NCBI RefSeq assembly: GCF_963921235.1
Contig: NC_086100.1
Coordinates: 156,674,001-156,738,000 of the forward strand
DNA: 64,000 bases
Direction of reading: 5' to 3'
DNA from: Mobula hypostoma
Taxonomy: Eukaryota
Shown here: positions 50,093 through 64,000 of the stretch, in pieces
Layout of the letters: each line of letters opens with the position of its first letter
Position numbering within the stretch: the first letter of the stretch is position 1
Position numbers and translations under genes: made by a program
The notes under the pieces: generated by a model
The model's database searches: none
Told to the model about the DNA's origin: nothing
Seen by the model: the letters and a program-made list of their open reading frames with translations, nothing else

Positions 50093-53000
50093 TATGTATT
50101 CTGATATAATGTTTAATGCAAAAAATTGAAAAATTTTTCCAATTAATTTCAATGTAAAAGTTCTGGCTGTATTTCAGAGCTCAGGAATCTTATTCAAAGT
50201 AGCCTAAAGATGCATCAAAAGAAGAATCTGAAATTGCTATAGTTTCATTAGCAATTAATACACAAGGGACCATTTCAATGTTATCATCAGATAAAAATAC
50301 AAGTCCATGAAAGATTTTGACAGTGAGTGTGTACTTCTGTGGTAAAGGGGTTGTTCTTTCTCCTATTTAAGACTGAGCTGAGGAAAATATTGTTCTTAGT
50401 GAATTCTCAAAGACCAATGGATATAGAATCACCTTTGAGATGTTTTTACCGCAATGTTTTCTTGGCTTGTCATCAAACTGGGCATATTCTGTTGAATTTA
50501 ATTTCTAATCATATATCTAATCCTTCACGCATTCTCCATTGCAACGTAATTTCCCTTTCTAACAAGCAGTGGACTATCAGCGTAACATTTTGAGCAATAA
50601 CTTCATTCACATTGTTAAGGGTTATTGCTTTGACACCACAAAGATTAATGAGCTACTAATGTCCACCAAACACCTATCTTTTTCACTTTTATTAATTACA
50701 TCCAATGTAGTGTTAAGTTACAACTTGCCTTGATTATTCCAGAGTTTCTATCCACAAATGGTGAGGAATTTTAAAGCTGTCTTGAAGGATATGAAGTAAA
50801 ATTCTAATGACTTGAAATGTCAAAATGGGAGGAAGAATTCCCTTTTTTGCTATTAGTGAATTAGATAAATTGACTCGTCAGGGTACTTGTCCTCAATTGT
50901 ATTAGAGTACTTTCTAAGTTGGAATATTCATATATCAAGGAATACAAGACGTCACAATTTTCTGCTACAAAACTTGAAAGCACTTTTACAGTAGTATTTT
51001 TATTCTAGCAGGGTATAGAATATAAATTGGGAAGTTAAAGGTTCATGCAATGAAGGAATCAATGAGTTATAGAACTTTTTGGAACCTAATTTTTAATGAT
51101 AGTATGAAGATGGTTTTGTGGAATGCACTGTAGGTTTTTCTAAACTATGGATTACAAGGTCACAAATCAGTGTGCAAAGGCATAATGTGCTATTAAGTGA
51201 GCCTCTGGACAAGAATGGTTAAAATAGGGAATTTTATATTAAGTACAAGAGTGATATATCCAAAATCTATAGAAAGGAAACTGTAGTCTTGATGGAAAGG
51301 TTGTATACAATGGTTCGGATGATGTGATTAAAATATATATATCAATAACAAATGCATAATTAAATCATAATTTATATTAAAATTTGCACTTAATAAAAGG
51401 AATAAACTGCTACTCCTCAAACCTGCACATGCACACCCATAGAGGAATAAGTGATACACTGCGGCAAAGGCACACTAAAAGTAGATCAGTGTTAGAGAAA
51501 ACAAGCTTGAAAGAGTAAATTGGTCAATTTCACAATTTAGCAAGACCTAGTTTAGACAAAATAGAGAAAATGGTAAGATCAAACTACCAATACACATCAA
51601 AATAAAATTATAAAAACTTTGTAAGAAGGCAGATATCAATGATAATATGTTGAAATGCTGTGTTCCCTTAGATCAGAGGTAGAGGACTATAATGGTGAAT
51701 AAGGATATTGCAGTGATATAAAGTATACTTTGTGTCTCTCCACAGGAAAAAAAAACCCAAAATATAGGAAATGAATAGGACTAGAGAAACTAATGAGACT
51801 AAATCCCAAGACATATAGGAACCATTATGTACATCTTGGCATTTTCTAAAGAGATCATAGTTGCAATGATTTAATCATTTCTGAATTATTTATTTTCCAT
51901 GCATTAGAAGTTAGCAAATCCAACAATTCAGGGGGGAAAGGGCCAAGGAAATGGAACCAAAGGACAATTATCTTGAAGCTGAAGCATAGCTGGGCAGTAT
52001 CGAGATCAAAAGCAAATTTTTTGAGAAATAGTTAATGAGTTCCTGAAATTGAGGGGTGGTCAGTATTTAGAATTGCACAGAAAAGAATTTTTGTTCGCAG
52101 GTAGAAATTGGAAACAAGTAGGTCATTTTTGTTTAAATGACTGAAGCCCTTTGTGTTTCCTCTGTTGTTCTATAAAAGATTTTGTAGAATCAGTTACAGG
52201 CATAAGGAGCCAAAGGCCTATTCTTGTTTCATGAAAATATTTTTTATATCTCTAAGGGTTCTGAATCTTTGGAATTATCTACCTTGGTACCCATAGAATT
52301 TGTTTGAATATATCAAATCATTCAAATTATAGATAAGGTGTTTGGGGATTATGCATGAAGGTGGGTTGGATGTATGCAATACGATCAGTCATTATATTGA
52401 GTGGCACAGGAAACAAAGCAAAGGAGATCTGAGTGATTTTTGTTTGTTTTCTGATTGTACAGTGGACAGAGTGAATTCTTCAGGATATAACAGCGGTTTT
52501 GCACACTGAGGTGAAAACTATTGTGAGGTCTCAATGAATATTACACTTGGTAGTGAGGTCAAGATCTAAGTGCATTAGTTTGAAGTAAAACAACGACGTG
52601 GTTGTACAGAACTGTTACTCTCTTAAAGGGGTGAAAGAAACCCTCTTCAATTAAAAAGACTTAAACGTGTATTTAAGGAGCTGTGTGCTTTAGAATTATA
52701 CACTCAGAGCTGATAGATGGGATTAGGTGAGTATAGATCCAATGACTAAAAGTTTTACTGTGTCATTAATTTTTCTGGGATTTTATGAAAGAATCTGTAA
52801 AGACCTAGCAGTCAGCCATTCATAACTATCCAGGGTGATAGTTTTATGGCATTTCAATTAGCAAGAATCATATTTGTGCTATCAAGTTTGGTAATAAAAG
52901 ACAAATTTTGAATGAAATTAGTTGTAAGAGTTGAGTTTATTTTTTTAAAATGCTGCATCCTGTTTTTTTGAATAGAATATGGTAGTTAATTACAGTTAAA

Positions 53001-56000
53001 GCCTATTGTGGATACATAAGGAATCACATTTTGTTTCAAATTATTGAATTGTCGAAAGCCTGAGAAAATAAAGTTTATGTCCAAATAAATACTCCCTTTA
53101 AATATTTACATTCATATCTAGAATTTGCATATTGTGAGGTATGAAAGCATTAATCCTGATTCTGCTCTTATTAGTTGGCAGTAAGTTCACTATTCAAACT
53201 GTTGCACTACTCTGCTGTTACAGAATCTCTTGGTGCTTAAACAGCCAAAATTCTGCAACTTTGCACACATTTTAATTTTATTCTTGAAGGTTTGCACTGA
53301 CTTATTTTTAAATGCCTAAATAAAGCAATGTAACTTTTTAGTAGTCCATGCAAGATTATTTTATTCTATGAAATTTTAGTTTATGTGGCTAATATTTGTA
53401 CAATTTTTAGATTTTATTGACATTTAACTGATCAAAGGTAATTGTACAATATGCAATTTTATGAAATTCTGCAGTTGCTACACAATTTAGTTTGTAGTTG
53501 TTATATATAAATTCTTACTAATCTTCATCTGCATTATCAATGAGCTTACTGATACCAAAACATACCTTTAAAAATTCACAGTTAAAGTTCAGAATTTAAT
53601 GTTGTGCTGATATGCAGCATTTTGCTACTTTTATTTCAGCACCTCAAATTACTAAACTATCCTGGTCAGCAACAGGTCTGAGACCAAAATCTCATCCTGA
53701 TTTTATACTTCTCAAAGTACTCTCCCCTTGACAAAATGTTTGAGTAATATGATCATCACAGGAATCCTTTACTGTTAGCAAATACTAAAAAATTATTTTA
53801 CTAAATTTAGCATTTACATCAAACTATTCCTGTACTTCAAATACTGAAATCTAGCTGATTGGTTTAGGATTTATAAGCTGAATGTTACTCTAAAAAGCCC
53901 TTTTAAAATGTATTTGTGAAATTAAAACTGGAGTTGTAAAAACAGTACTATATTTAAATTGCCAAGTAAATCATGCTGCGGGAAAGTGAGTAGATTTATT
54001 TTTTATAGTTGATAGCCTGTACGAGTACTAGTTTTTCATTCAATTTCTGTATTAAATTCCTTCTCAAATTCTTGGCTAGTTTTTTGTTCTGTTTTCAAAA
54101 ATTTGGAATCCTATCTGTTACTGCCTAGTTGCCAGTATTATTATTACATAGCATTTAATGCAGTAACATGTTATCAATGAGACTTGCATTTCAGATCTTA
54201 TGCACTAATTAAATTGCACTATTTGTGTATCATCTGTGTGTGTGTGTTTGTGTGTATGTTAAATGTGTATACTTGAAAAAGCTCTTGCTGGTCACTGTGC
54301 AAATAAGTTTATATTTCAGCAGAAACACCTGCACAGTAAATTGATAGAGGCATAAGTTAGTCACGTGAAGTCCCAAGCACTTTATATTGTCTCCTCAATA
54401 CTTTAAAACCTTGCTTTGGTAAACTCAAAACATTTGGCTTTGATATTATCTTAATCTATTCAAAATTTTTAAAGTTCTCAGGTAAAATTTTTGTTTCATT
54501 TACTTTTAAAAATCATCCTATTAATTAAGATATGTAGATCAAAATTATATAAAACACAAGGTTTAATCATCTACCTATTTAATTAGCTTTCCCTGTCTTT
54601 TCGTTGCCCTTTCATTCATAACTAATAGTGCACATCAGTTTTCCTATTATGTGAAACTGTCAGTAACGTCTGCATCCATACAGAAAGTCTTTTTCCATGT
54701 ACTAATATTAAAATTATTACTTATGTGGGGTTCCTTGCAACATTAAGATGCAGTTGCATTCTGTTTGTATTTCATTTGTACCAATCTTCTACTATTGTAT
54801 GTCCCTAAATACATTATATGTTTAAAAAAGTAGAAGTGTGCTTTTTAGCAAAATTTACTGTTGTATTTAAGAATTTTTAGGCAGTTTGTTTTATGCTTAA
54901 ACATACGGTGCATTGAAACACAGAAAATCAGCTTTTTATTTAATGTCTTGATAGCATGATATGTCAGAGACAAACAGGTGGGGCTTGATGCTGATTCCTT
55001 CCTCTGAAACTTGTGGGAGCAGTTTAAATCCATGTGTACGACTATAAGTTGCTAATTCTGCCAAAAAGAACGGAGATTAGACCATTGCTGTGCATCTTGA
55101 AGCCTTGACTATGTGTTTCTTTTACTGCAGGATGTTAGCCTACATTGGTTGAGCATCAAGCCCTTGTGAAGGAAGAGATCATTTTTCGAGGAGAAACAAA
55201 TGCTATTTGAAGTGATAGTCAGGTATGGGGTTAATGGTTGTTGATAAGTTTTAGGTAGTTTTAAACACACATGTATAGATATATACAATTTGGTTCTACT
55301 TCTAAGCATAATGCAATTTTAGTTGGGCCCATAGTTTTCTTAATCTCGTTTGTGATTGCTGAAGTGCACACACATTTCCTCCTAATAGTGCTACTGTAGA
55401 TCCTAGCTGTATACATGTTAGTAAATCTTGAGTTTAAAATCTGTGGTATATGTATCATAACCTACTCAAAAATTGCACACCTTTTTGAAAATGATCCTTG
55501 CCATATGTTCATTTCTAGCAGTCAGGCAATCCATGAAGCAAAATTATTTTATTAAATTTTAAGAGAATATTTTTATATGAAAAATGATCTCTTCCCCTGA
55601 AGTCTTCAAAATCAAATGTTATATCACTATGAAGTGTGTATTTATTATATATGTAAGAAATTGCTTAACTGTATTTATAATTTGAGGTCTAGTGCAGCTG
55701 ATATGTTTGTAATGCATTTGATACTGTATGTAAAATAAATAAATATAGCAGTCTTGTGAAACAAATGGCCAGTTATGTTTGATTCTTACGATTGCATTAA
55801 AATGGCCTTTTTGGCCTGGATGCATCAATGACCTTGGTCCCAATTTACACATATTAATGCTTATCAAATGAATAGGACAATTGATTTACTGTGGCTAATT
55901 AATATAGTCTGTAAGTTTGGTGGAGCATATTCAACATTCTTATAGATTTCAAAAGTAAACATAGTGTCATTTGGTCAATACATTCAATGGTGTTAAATCC

Positions 56001-57355
56001 TGTTTTCAAACTATAGCAGAATCACCACTTATGTGGTGCCCTGGAGTAACATGCTCTTTCATTGTTTGAGGGCCTTCCCACGGAACCTTTGCATTGGTTG
56101 TAACAAGCTTTGGTACATCCTTCATCGCATACTCCTGCAACCTGGAATGTGCCACACATTTTGCATCAAGAATAACTATAATAAAATGGTAATATTTTCT
56201 GTGGTTGTTTCCAAATGTCCACACCAATGACATTTTGGTCCGAGAGACAATGACTAACTTCCATTCCTGAAAAAGATTTTTTTATTGTTTATTCTTGATT
56301 CAGCTGCTCCTTGCCACACCACATGATCCCAATGCTGTCTCTCTAAAAGGTTTTTGGTTCAGCATTTTGGTAATGTTCAGTAAGTCCACATAATTAGTCT
56401 GAGGTTACAAAAGTTTATTTCATAGTGGGTCATGTTATAAAGAAGAAACTTCTATCAATATCATTCTAGATATAAATCCACATTCCTGAGGGAGGAGAGA
56501 AACAAAAATAACTGAAGCTAATCTATTCAAATATATGTATATAGATGCAATTTGTGTCACTTTAGTACTGCTTTCTGAATTGTGGAATGGTAAAATGTGG
56601 ATATGCTTTGTTCTCAATTAATGCAATTGACATGTTGGCCTTTCTATTTAATGCACCAAGTAGAACTTGGTGCCTAGCAAATCACAATAATTTTTGTTTA
56701 CTCCCATTGTGATCAGAATGAGGTTGGCAAGGACATACCCACAGACTACTCAGCTCATAAATCATTAAGAAAAGACTTAAAAGAGCTTTGTCAAGGATTC
56801 AGAAGATGAATAATTAATAGTAATTCTAATGGCTAATCCAGGAGAATCATGTCAAGAATGGATGGCATTTGAGACATCGTGATATGTAAGAGCAAATTCA
56901 TATTCAAATGACTAAGTTTTGTTGAAATTCCAACTCTCAACCATTTTGACTTTTAGGAAACTGGAGTGCAGTTTTGCCTGTTTCTGGATTTCTCTGTTAC
57001 ATTGTTGTCCTCTACTGGGAACCTTGTGCCTTGATGTGACTGCTGCCTCTTCATTTTCACTTCTGGTAGTCAACTACTAATGTTTGGATGTATTTTGCCT
57101 AGAACTGACCTGTAATTCAAATTTCTTATTCCTCTTCCCACTGCCCAAGGATAAGGATTGCACAGAGAACCAGCCCAATTTATCTTTTTAATTCATTCAA
57201 GAGATGTGGGCTTTTCAGGCTGAGCCAGCAACTAATTGCTCTTGAGAAGGTGAGCTGCGTTCTCGAGACACTGCAGTGCTTGATGTATGAGTGTATCCTC
57301 AATGTCTTGTGTCCCTCTTAAATGTGATTAGCTTATTCTGAAAATTTAAAACCTA

Positions 57356-59721
57356 CAGTGATGCTAGAAAGTTTGTGAACCCTGTAGAATTTTCTCTATT
57401 TCTGCATTAATATGTCGTAAAATGTGATCAGAGTTTCACATAAGTCCTAAAATTACCCAATAAGAAGAGTACCCAATTAAATAAATAACAGAAAAACATT
57501 ATACTTGTAGATTTATTTATTGAGAAAGATTATTCAATATTACGTGTATTTGTTGGAAAAAGTATGTCAACCTCTGGGGTAATGCCTTCTACAAAAGCTA
57601 TTTGGAGTTAAGTGCCATTGAATGGGATGAGATTGGAGGTGAGGATTGTAGAAGTACCCTGTCCTATATAAAGAAAAAAAAGGACGCACAAAGTCAGACT
57701 ACGTCCACACTACGCGTTTTTCAAAATATCTCTGTCCACACCAAAACCGATATTTGGGGGAATCTACTGGGCATGCGCAGACACATCTACAGAAAACAAG
57801 CGAAGAGAAAATGGTATAATATTTACTTTTCCACAGCGGCATTGTGCTATTTCCATTGGTCAAAAACTACAGTGCCAACAACAACAGCGAAAGAAAGTTT
57901 TCAACAATGTCTTCGAGGAATACAAAGAAAACCTCGGCTGGAAAAAGCAGACTGGACTTCTTAGTTTAGACAGACGATGAAGTCGATGAAGTCTTGCTAC
58001 TTCTGCGAGTTACAAACGACTACAAAGTCAGCAGAGCAGTGGAGAACGTGGAGATGTTTAATTCCAAACTATTCACGTAGACAAAGTAAGATCCTCTGCC
58101 CAAGATCAACAAGAGATTGGAATCTTCTGCTGCCAGACCTGTGCAGTATTTCTGACATTAATATTTTTAAAGATAGACTCAATCAAATCAATTTGGGGGA
58201 TCTAGTCAAAAAAGCTCACTTTACAATTTAACTGTCAAGCCGTTCACACCGACTGAGCCTTATAACAGCCATCCGGCAGTGTTTGCGCAGTACCAAGCAG
58301 AAGCAGAAAGAGCATTGTTGTGGTGATATGATAGCGTTTTCAGATATCTCCGTTTACCCCGTCCACACTGCAACGCCGAACAATCGTTTTCAAATTTACA
58401 CACTCTGGAGAGTGTTTTAGAAAAACTCCGTTTCAGGGGGATGAAAACGCTGTTTCAGTGTGGACAGACTGTCAAAACGAAGAAAAAAGGCTTTGTTGTC
58501 AAAATTATCCAGCGTAGTGTGGACGTAGCCTCAGACTACTGACAGACCCTGCTCTTCTCAAGAAAGGTCTGTTTATGTGCTCCATGCTTCGATCAAAACA
58601 CCTTTCAGAGGACCTTAAAAGAAGAATTGTAGAGATGCATGAAGCTGGAAAGGGCTACAAAAGCATTTCTAAAGACCTCGGTGTTCATCAGTCCACAGTA
58701 AGAGAAATGTCTACAAATGGAGGAAACTCAGTACTGATACTACTCTCCCTAGAAGTGGTCATCCTGCAAAGATCACACCAGCAGCACAACGTGCAGTGCT
58801 GAAGGAGGTGAAAAAGAAACCAAGGGTAACAGCAAAAGACCTGCAGAAATCTCTAGAACTTGCTAAAGTCTCTGTTCATGTGTCCACCATAAGAAAAACA
58901 TGGAACAAGAATGGTGTTCATTGAAGGACACCACAGAGGAAACCACTGCTCTCCAAAAACAATCATTGCTCCACATTTCTCGTTCGCAGAAGATCACCTG
59001 GATATTCTACAATGCTTTTGGAACAATGTTCTGTGGACAGATGAGACAAAAGTTGAACTTTTTGGCAGAAATGCACATTGCTATATTTGGAGGAAAAAGA
59101 ACACTGCACATCAACACTAAAACCTTATCCCAACTGTGAAGCATGGTGGAAGGAGCATCATGGTTTGGGGCTGCTTTGCTGCCTCAGGGCCTGGACAGCT
59201 TACAATCAATCATTGGAACAATTAGTTCTAAATTGTATCAAGATATTTTACAGGAGAATGTCAGGGTACCAGTCCTTCACCTGAAACATAATAGAAGTTG
59301 GACAATGCAACAAGAGAATGATGGAAAGACAAGAGTAAATCAACATCAGAATGGTTTAAAAAGAAGAAAATTTGTGTTTTGGAATGGCTGAGTCAAAGTC
59401 CTGACCTTAATTCTACAGAAATGTTCTGGAAGGACCTGAAGCAAGCAGTTCATGCAAGAAAGCCTACTTACATCCCAGAGTTGAAGTAGTTTTTTTAAGG
59501 AGGAATGGCCTAAAATTCATTCAAGCCTGATCAACAGTTACTGAAAACATTTGATTGAGGTTATTGCTGTATAAGGGGGTCACACCAGTTACTGAAAGCA
59601 AAGGTTCACATACTTTTTCCAACAAATACATATAATATTGGATCATTTTTGGTAACATTTTAGGTCCTATTTATGCAGGAATAGAGAAAATTCAGGGTTC
59701 ACGAACTTTCTAGCACCACTG
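57356..59721 (+). mobile_element. Tc1 transposon; transposase pseudogene at about 58575-59580
   Basis: TA-flanked TIRs CAGTG(A/G)TGCTAGAAAGTT. Motifs [60 protein letters not shown], with frameshifts and stops. Confidence 0.93.
57697..58530. mobile_element. PIF/Harbinger MITE nested in Tc1, itself containing a LINE 3' fragment (about 58050-58308)
   Basis: TIRs G(A/G)CTACGTCCACACTACG, 3-bp TSD TCA. The inner fragment encodes PRSTRDWNLL and ends in (AGCAGA)n. Confidence 0.85.
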
Positions 59722-61329
59722 TATATTGTAATAGGAAGAAAACTTCAATAAGTACATATTGAACTGATACTATGTAGTGCCACTCATAGTTCCCCTTGGG
59801 TGTTGTCTCACCTCAGGTTGCAACATCTTTGAATCAAATTATGGATTCAGTTCCTGCTCTAAAGACTTGAACACAAAAATATGGACTGATATTGGAGTAT
59901 AAGAAAGAAGGTTTCTACAATAATGGTGGTACTGTCTCTCAAATAAAACATTAAAAAAGACCAAGTCTGACCTCTCAGATGGAAATGAAGGGTCCTATTT
60001 TATCCATTTTGAAAGACAGAGTGGTTGTTCCCAGTGTCCGAGATATTATTTATCCATCAACACTTAAATTGATGTTTGTAGGACCTTGCTGAGTACAAAC
60101 TGACCATTGTTCCTACATTACTGAAGTAATTGAACTTTAACATTGCATAATTGACCATACAGTCTTGTGACATTGGTGGACCATATTCATGCATGTATTA
60201 TTAAATATAAAATTGAGTACCTAAGACAACTTTTTCCTCAATTAGTCGTTGTCCTCATTTTATCACATTTGGGCTTTGTCCATAATGCCTCATATGCTCT
60301 GAATATGGTATAGCTGATTATAAGCTGTCAGGCATGGTTCATTGAATTCACTGGATGTCACTGTTTTGCAGCAGAAATCCAGTAAATTGAACAACGTTTC
60401 AGCCATTGCATTTGTAACAAATGGGTTGTAACTACCTCTTATTATTCAGTATTTTAATCCAATTGATTCCAGCTATAGATTTAACATAAAAAGTTTTGCC
60501 TGATTCTTATTGGAGATCCAAAACACTGCTGGGAATGTAAAATGCTATTGTTATTAAACCATTTCTTTGTTCCCTCCAAATTTAAGTATACTCTGGACAG
60601 GGACTATTTGCTGATTTGAAGCTCTTATTTATAAAGTCAGCTCATCTGGGACAAAGCCTCAGTACTGAAGCAGTACAACAGAAGTGCTGTCTTCCAAATA
60701 AAATGTTATATCTGTTCTGCTGAAGACTGTAGGTCCTGTGACTATGTCCATTTAGAGAAGAGCACTGGAGTCCAACATGAATGAAAATGATTTACTCTAA
60801 ATGCAGCAATCCACCTGTGTACAGAGGGTCCAACAGATGAAATACATTGTAGGAAAATTAAATAATGAAAATGAAATGCCTTTAAGGTAAACAGATTTTT
60901 TTGTCAGGCTTTGGTCTGTGTTACTGCCTCAAAGTAAGATTGTTGGAGGTTCTATGTCCTAGCTAAAAAATTAAGAAACATTTAAATAATGTGCATAATA
61001 ATAGTGTAGTAATAATGTGTGTGGCTGAAGTTGTTGCATTTCTAACAAAATATTAAGCCTCACCTGTGATTGCATGCTTGGAAGATGTGTGTGATCCAAT
61101 GGAATTCTCATAAGTCATAAAGTAATACACTATTAAGAGGAATTAAATTCTTTCTAGCACCAAAACTTTGTTTCATAACCAACCACATTAAGAGCAGATT
61201 AACGGATTGCATTTCTCACTGTAACCGCTTCACAAATTACTCCTCACCTCATTTTGAAATACACAACCTTTATATCAGTGACTCTGCCCCCAGTTCTAGA
61301 ATCTCTAGCCATTGACTATGTCAATTATT

Positions 61330-64000
61330 AATTATTTTCTGCAATCATTGCAGGTGCCTCAACATTGTATATATGGGCCTAGATCTGGCAATGAAGTATA
61401 ATGTGGGAAAATGTGAAATAGTCTATTCTGGCAGGAAAAAAATAAAAGGACCAATTAGCTAAATGCTAAGGAAATTGAAGCACTACTGAACTCGGTAGAA
61501 GCTGGATGACTTAGCGTAGTCATTGCAAAAGAGTAAGATGCAAGTGCAGAAAATAGTTATGAATGCAAGCAGAAAGTTGTTATTGCTAGGGGAAACAAAC
61601 ACAAAAACAGGAAGAGTCACCCAGTCCTGAAGGGTTTCAATCTGAAATGTCGACTGTTTATTCCTTTCCATAGAATTTGTCTGGCATGCTGAGTTCCTCC
61701 AGCAGTTTTTTTTTGTTAAATTGGAAGAGTATTCTTTAGTTAGATAGAACATTGGTGAGGACTACATCTCAGTTATTGGAATAGCCTCTCAGGGGCAAAT
61801 AGGAATGGACTTTTAATGCTTGCCTTACTCAGGATGCCCAGATCCAAAAATGGATCCAAAGAAATTATTGGTATCCATATTTAAGGAAGGATATTAATAT
61901 ATTGAGTGCATTTAAGAGAAGATTTACATGATTTATGCATGGAATAAACAGTTTATTTCATGAGGAAAGATTGGAGAGGGCAGTCTTCTATCCACTAGAG
62001 TTCTAGAAGAATAAAAAAAGTTCATTTGACATGACAGAAAGAACATTGAAAAATGTGGGATCACTCATTTAAGATGGGGATAAGACAATTATTTTTCTTG
62101 GAGGATGTGAGTCTTTGGTACTCTCTCTTGAAAGGGCAATAGGTGTGTATTCTTTGGATATTTTTGAGACACAGGATGCTAGATAAGTTGTCAGAAATAC
62201 ATAATGGTAGTTGGAAGCATAACAGCTATGATCTTTTTCAATTATGTAGCAGGCTGAAAGTCCCATCCAGTTCCTAAATCATATATTCATTCATCTCTCT
62301 TTAAAAAGAATTAACTGATGCAAAATTAACTAAAGTGTATTTGTTAACCATAGAATCACCCTCTATTTTGTACATGCTGATTGTGATGCCTGTATGCTAA
62401 TCCTATTTGCCTGAAATAGCCTTGTATCCCACTGCAGTTTTCCTATCTGTCTAAATGAATTTTAAATATATGTGCCTTCACCTTCTCCTGCAGCCAGTTT
62501 CAGACTTTATGTGAAAAAATTATCCTTTAGATCACCTTTAAATTTCTTCCCTCTCACCTTAAACCTGTGGCCTCCCCAGGGACAAAGATTCAGACTATAT
62601 ATCCTACCTATCATATAATGAGGGGTATCTGTGCCCCTCATAATATTGTGAAACTCATTCCTCAGCCTCCAATATCCTGGTGAATCTTTTCTGCATTTTA
62701 TCTATTGCTGCATCATTGCTCTTATGGTTTGGCAACTAGAACTGTATGTAGTACTCTTCAGTGGAACCACATGCTACAACATGATGTCTGAACTTAGAAT
62801 CAATGCTTTGGTATACAAAGGAAAACATAGCAAATGCCTTTTTTTCCAATACCCCACTCACCTGCATCATCACTATCAGGGAACTATGGATTTGCACCCT
62901 AAGGTCTCATGGCAGTCTGAAGGTGCAATACCGCACATTTGTCAGAGTTGAATATCTTCTTCCATCATTGCACCCAACTTTCCAGCAGATCTAAGTTCCA
63001 CTGTATCCATAAACAACTTTTTTCACTATGTTGTCATAATTTTATGAAATTCCTTAATTTTCCAGCATTCCACTGAGAATAAACCCAGCCTGTTCAATCT
63101 CTTCTTAGTAAGAACTACAATACTTGATGATCTCTGCAAACTTCCTAAGCATTACTACTTTAATACTCATTATTTCGAAATAACTGAGGTCCCAACACCA
63201 ATCCCTATTGGTCACCTCTTGGCACAGACTTCCAGTCAATAGAACAGCCGTCTACAATCCATCACTCCTATCACCAGGCTAAGTTTGAATCCAGTTTACC
63301 AACATATCCAAATTTCTTGTAGTTTAAGCTTATGGATGAGTGTACATCATGAGAGTCTGCAACGTTAATAAAGTCCATTTAAACCATTTATCACACTGCC
63401 TTCATTATTTTGGTTGCCTTAACAGCAGGTTTGAGATATTGTACTTAATTAGGCAGTTGGGAAGGGTCAACAAAAGGAAGTTAGATTTAAGCAGAGTAGC
63501 CATTGTTGAACAGGACATTGTTAGAGTGGGGAGCTGAGATTTTGGCTCATGGGGCTTCTACGAAGAGAGGCAAAGGCCAAGGTAAATTTATTTCATTCTT
63601 TATCCATTAGTGCCTAGCTAGAGGATGAGATTAGGTTCATGGTGAGTGGTGCCAGATGTGGAAGATCTGGTAGACCTCCAGTCTCCCTGATAGCTATGTC
63701 TGTGAGAACTGTATCTGGGTGCAGCTCTTTACAGTCTTTGGGAATTGGAGCTGCAGCTGAGTGACATTCAGCTATATGGGAGAAAGATTAGGTGACAGAT
63801 AGGAGCTACAGGGAGGTAGTCACCTGTAAGTTGCAGGAGGCAGGTGGTTGATGGCCATTACCCTCAATAAGTATACCGCTTTGAATTCTGTTGATGGTGG
63901 CAACCTACCAGGGGACAGCTGCAGGGACAAGGTCTGTGACATTGAGCCTGCTGTATGGCTCTGAAGGGAAGTGTGGGGGAGGGGTGGTGAAGAGGAGAAT
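61330..64000. mobile_element. Cluster of old CR1 fragments in both orientations, with a short Penelope-like end at about 61590-61715
   Basis: CR1 RT/3' remnants (WAxxWQMKYNVGKCEIV-like, RTLVRLHL-like), a reverse-strand CR1 at about 62345-63300, and CR1 ORF1-like sequence after about 63600. Confidence 0.6.

Noticed and set aside
56006-56233. CVAHSRLQ resembling the hAT transposase CxxH motif
   Set aside because: Single short motif with no TIRs or other transposase blocks; would need a profile-HMM search.
46310-64000. Coding exons of the next syntenic gene (TEX15 in human)
   Set aside because: No ORF or exon with recognisable similarity was found.
1-64000. CRISPR arrays, rRNA, tRNA, prokaryotic operons
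   Set aside because: Eukaryotic intron-exon DNA; no repeat-spacer array or structural RNA gene was recognised.

Overview
Vertebrate genomic DNA; the repeat repertoire (CR1, Rex1, RTE, hammerhead-bearing Penelope-like elements) suggests a cartilaginous fish, but that is inference. The window holds the head-to-head WRN/PUR-gene locus. WRN lies on the - strand: a putative non-coding exon 1 near 36715 and nine coding exons between 32913 and 3351 that splice in frame to 440 aa (intact 3'-5' exonuclease domain plus the acidic region). The gene continues beyond position 1. A single-exon PUR-family gene (37240-38337, +) sits at the PURG syntenic position, but its sequence is largely PURA-like. It is followed by a pyrimidine-skewed, TE-poor putative ~8 kb 3' UTR. 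Introns and flanks are full of TEs: a young Penelope-like element (RT + GIY-YIG) with a twin-priming-type 5' inversion, several minimal hammerhead ribozyme motifs, a decayed full-length BEL/Pao LTR element, a solo LTR, RTE, Rex1, CR1 and L1-type LINE pieces, a Tc1 transposon, nested MITEs, and two copies of an ORF-less ~680 bp retroposon with an L1-like YY1 head. Exon boundaries, target-site duplications (TSDs) and motifs were read by eye. Boundaries of decayed repeats are approximate, and no database search was run.
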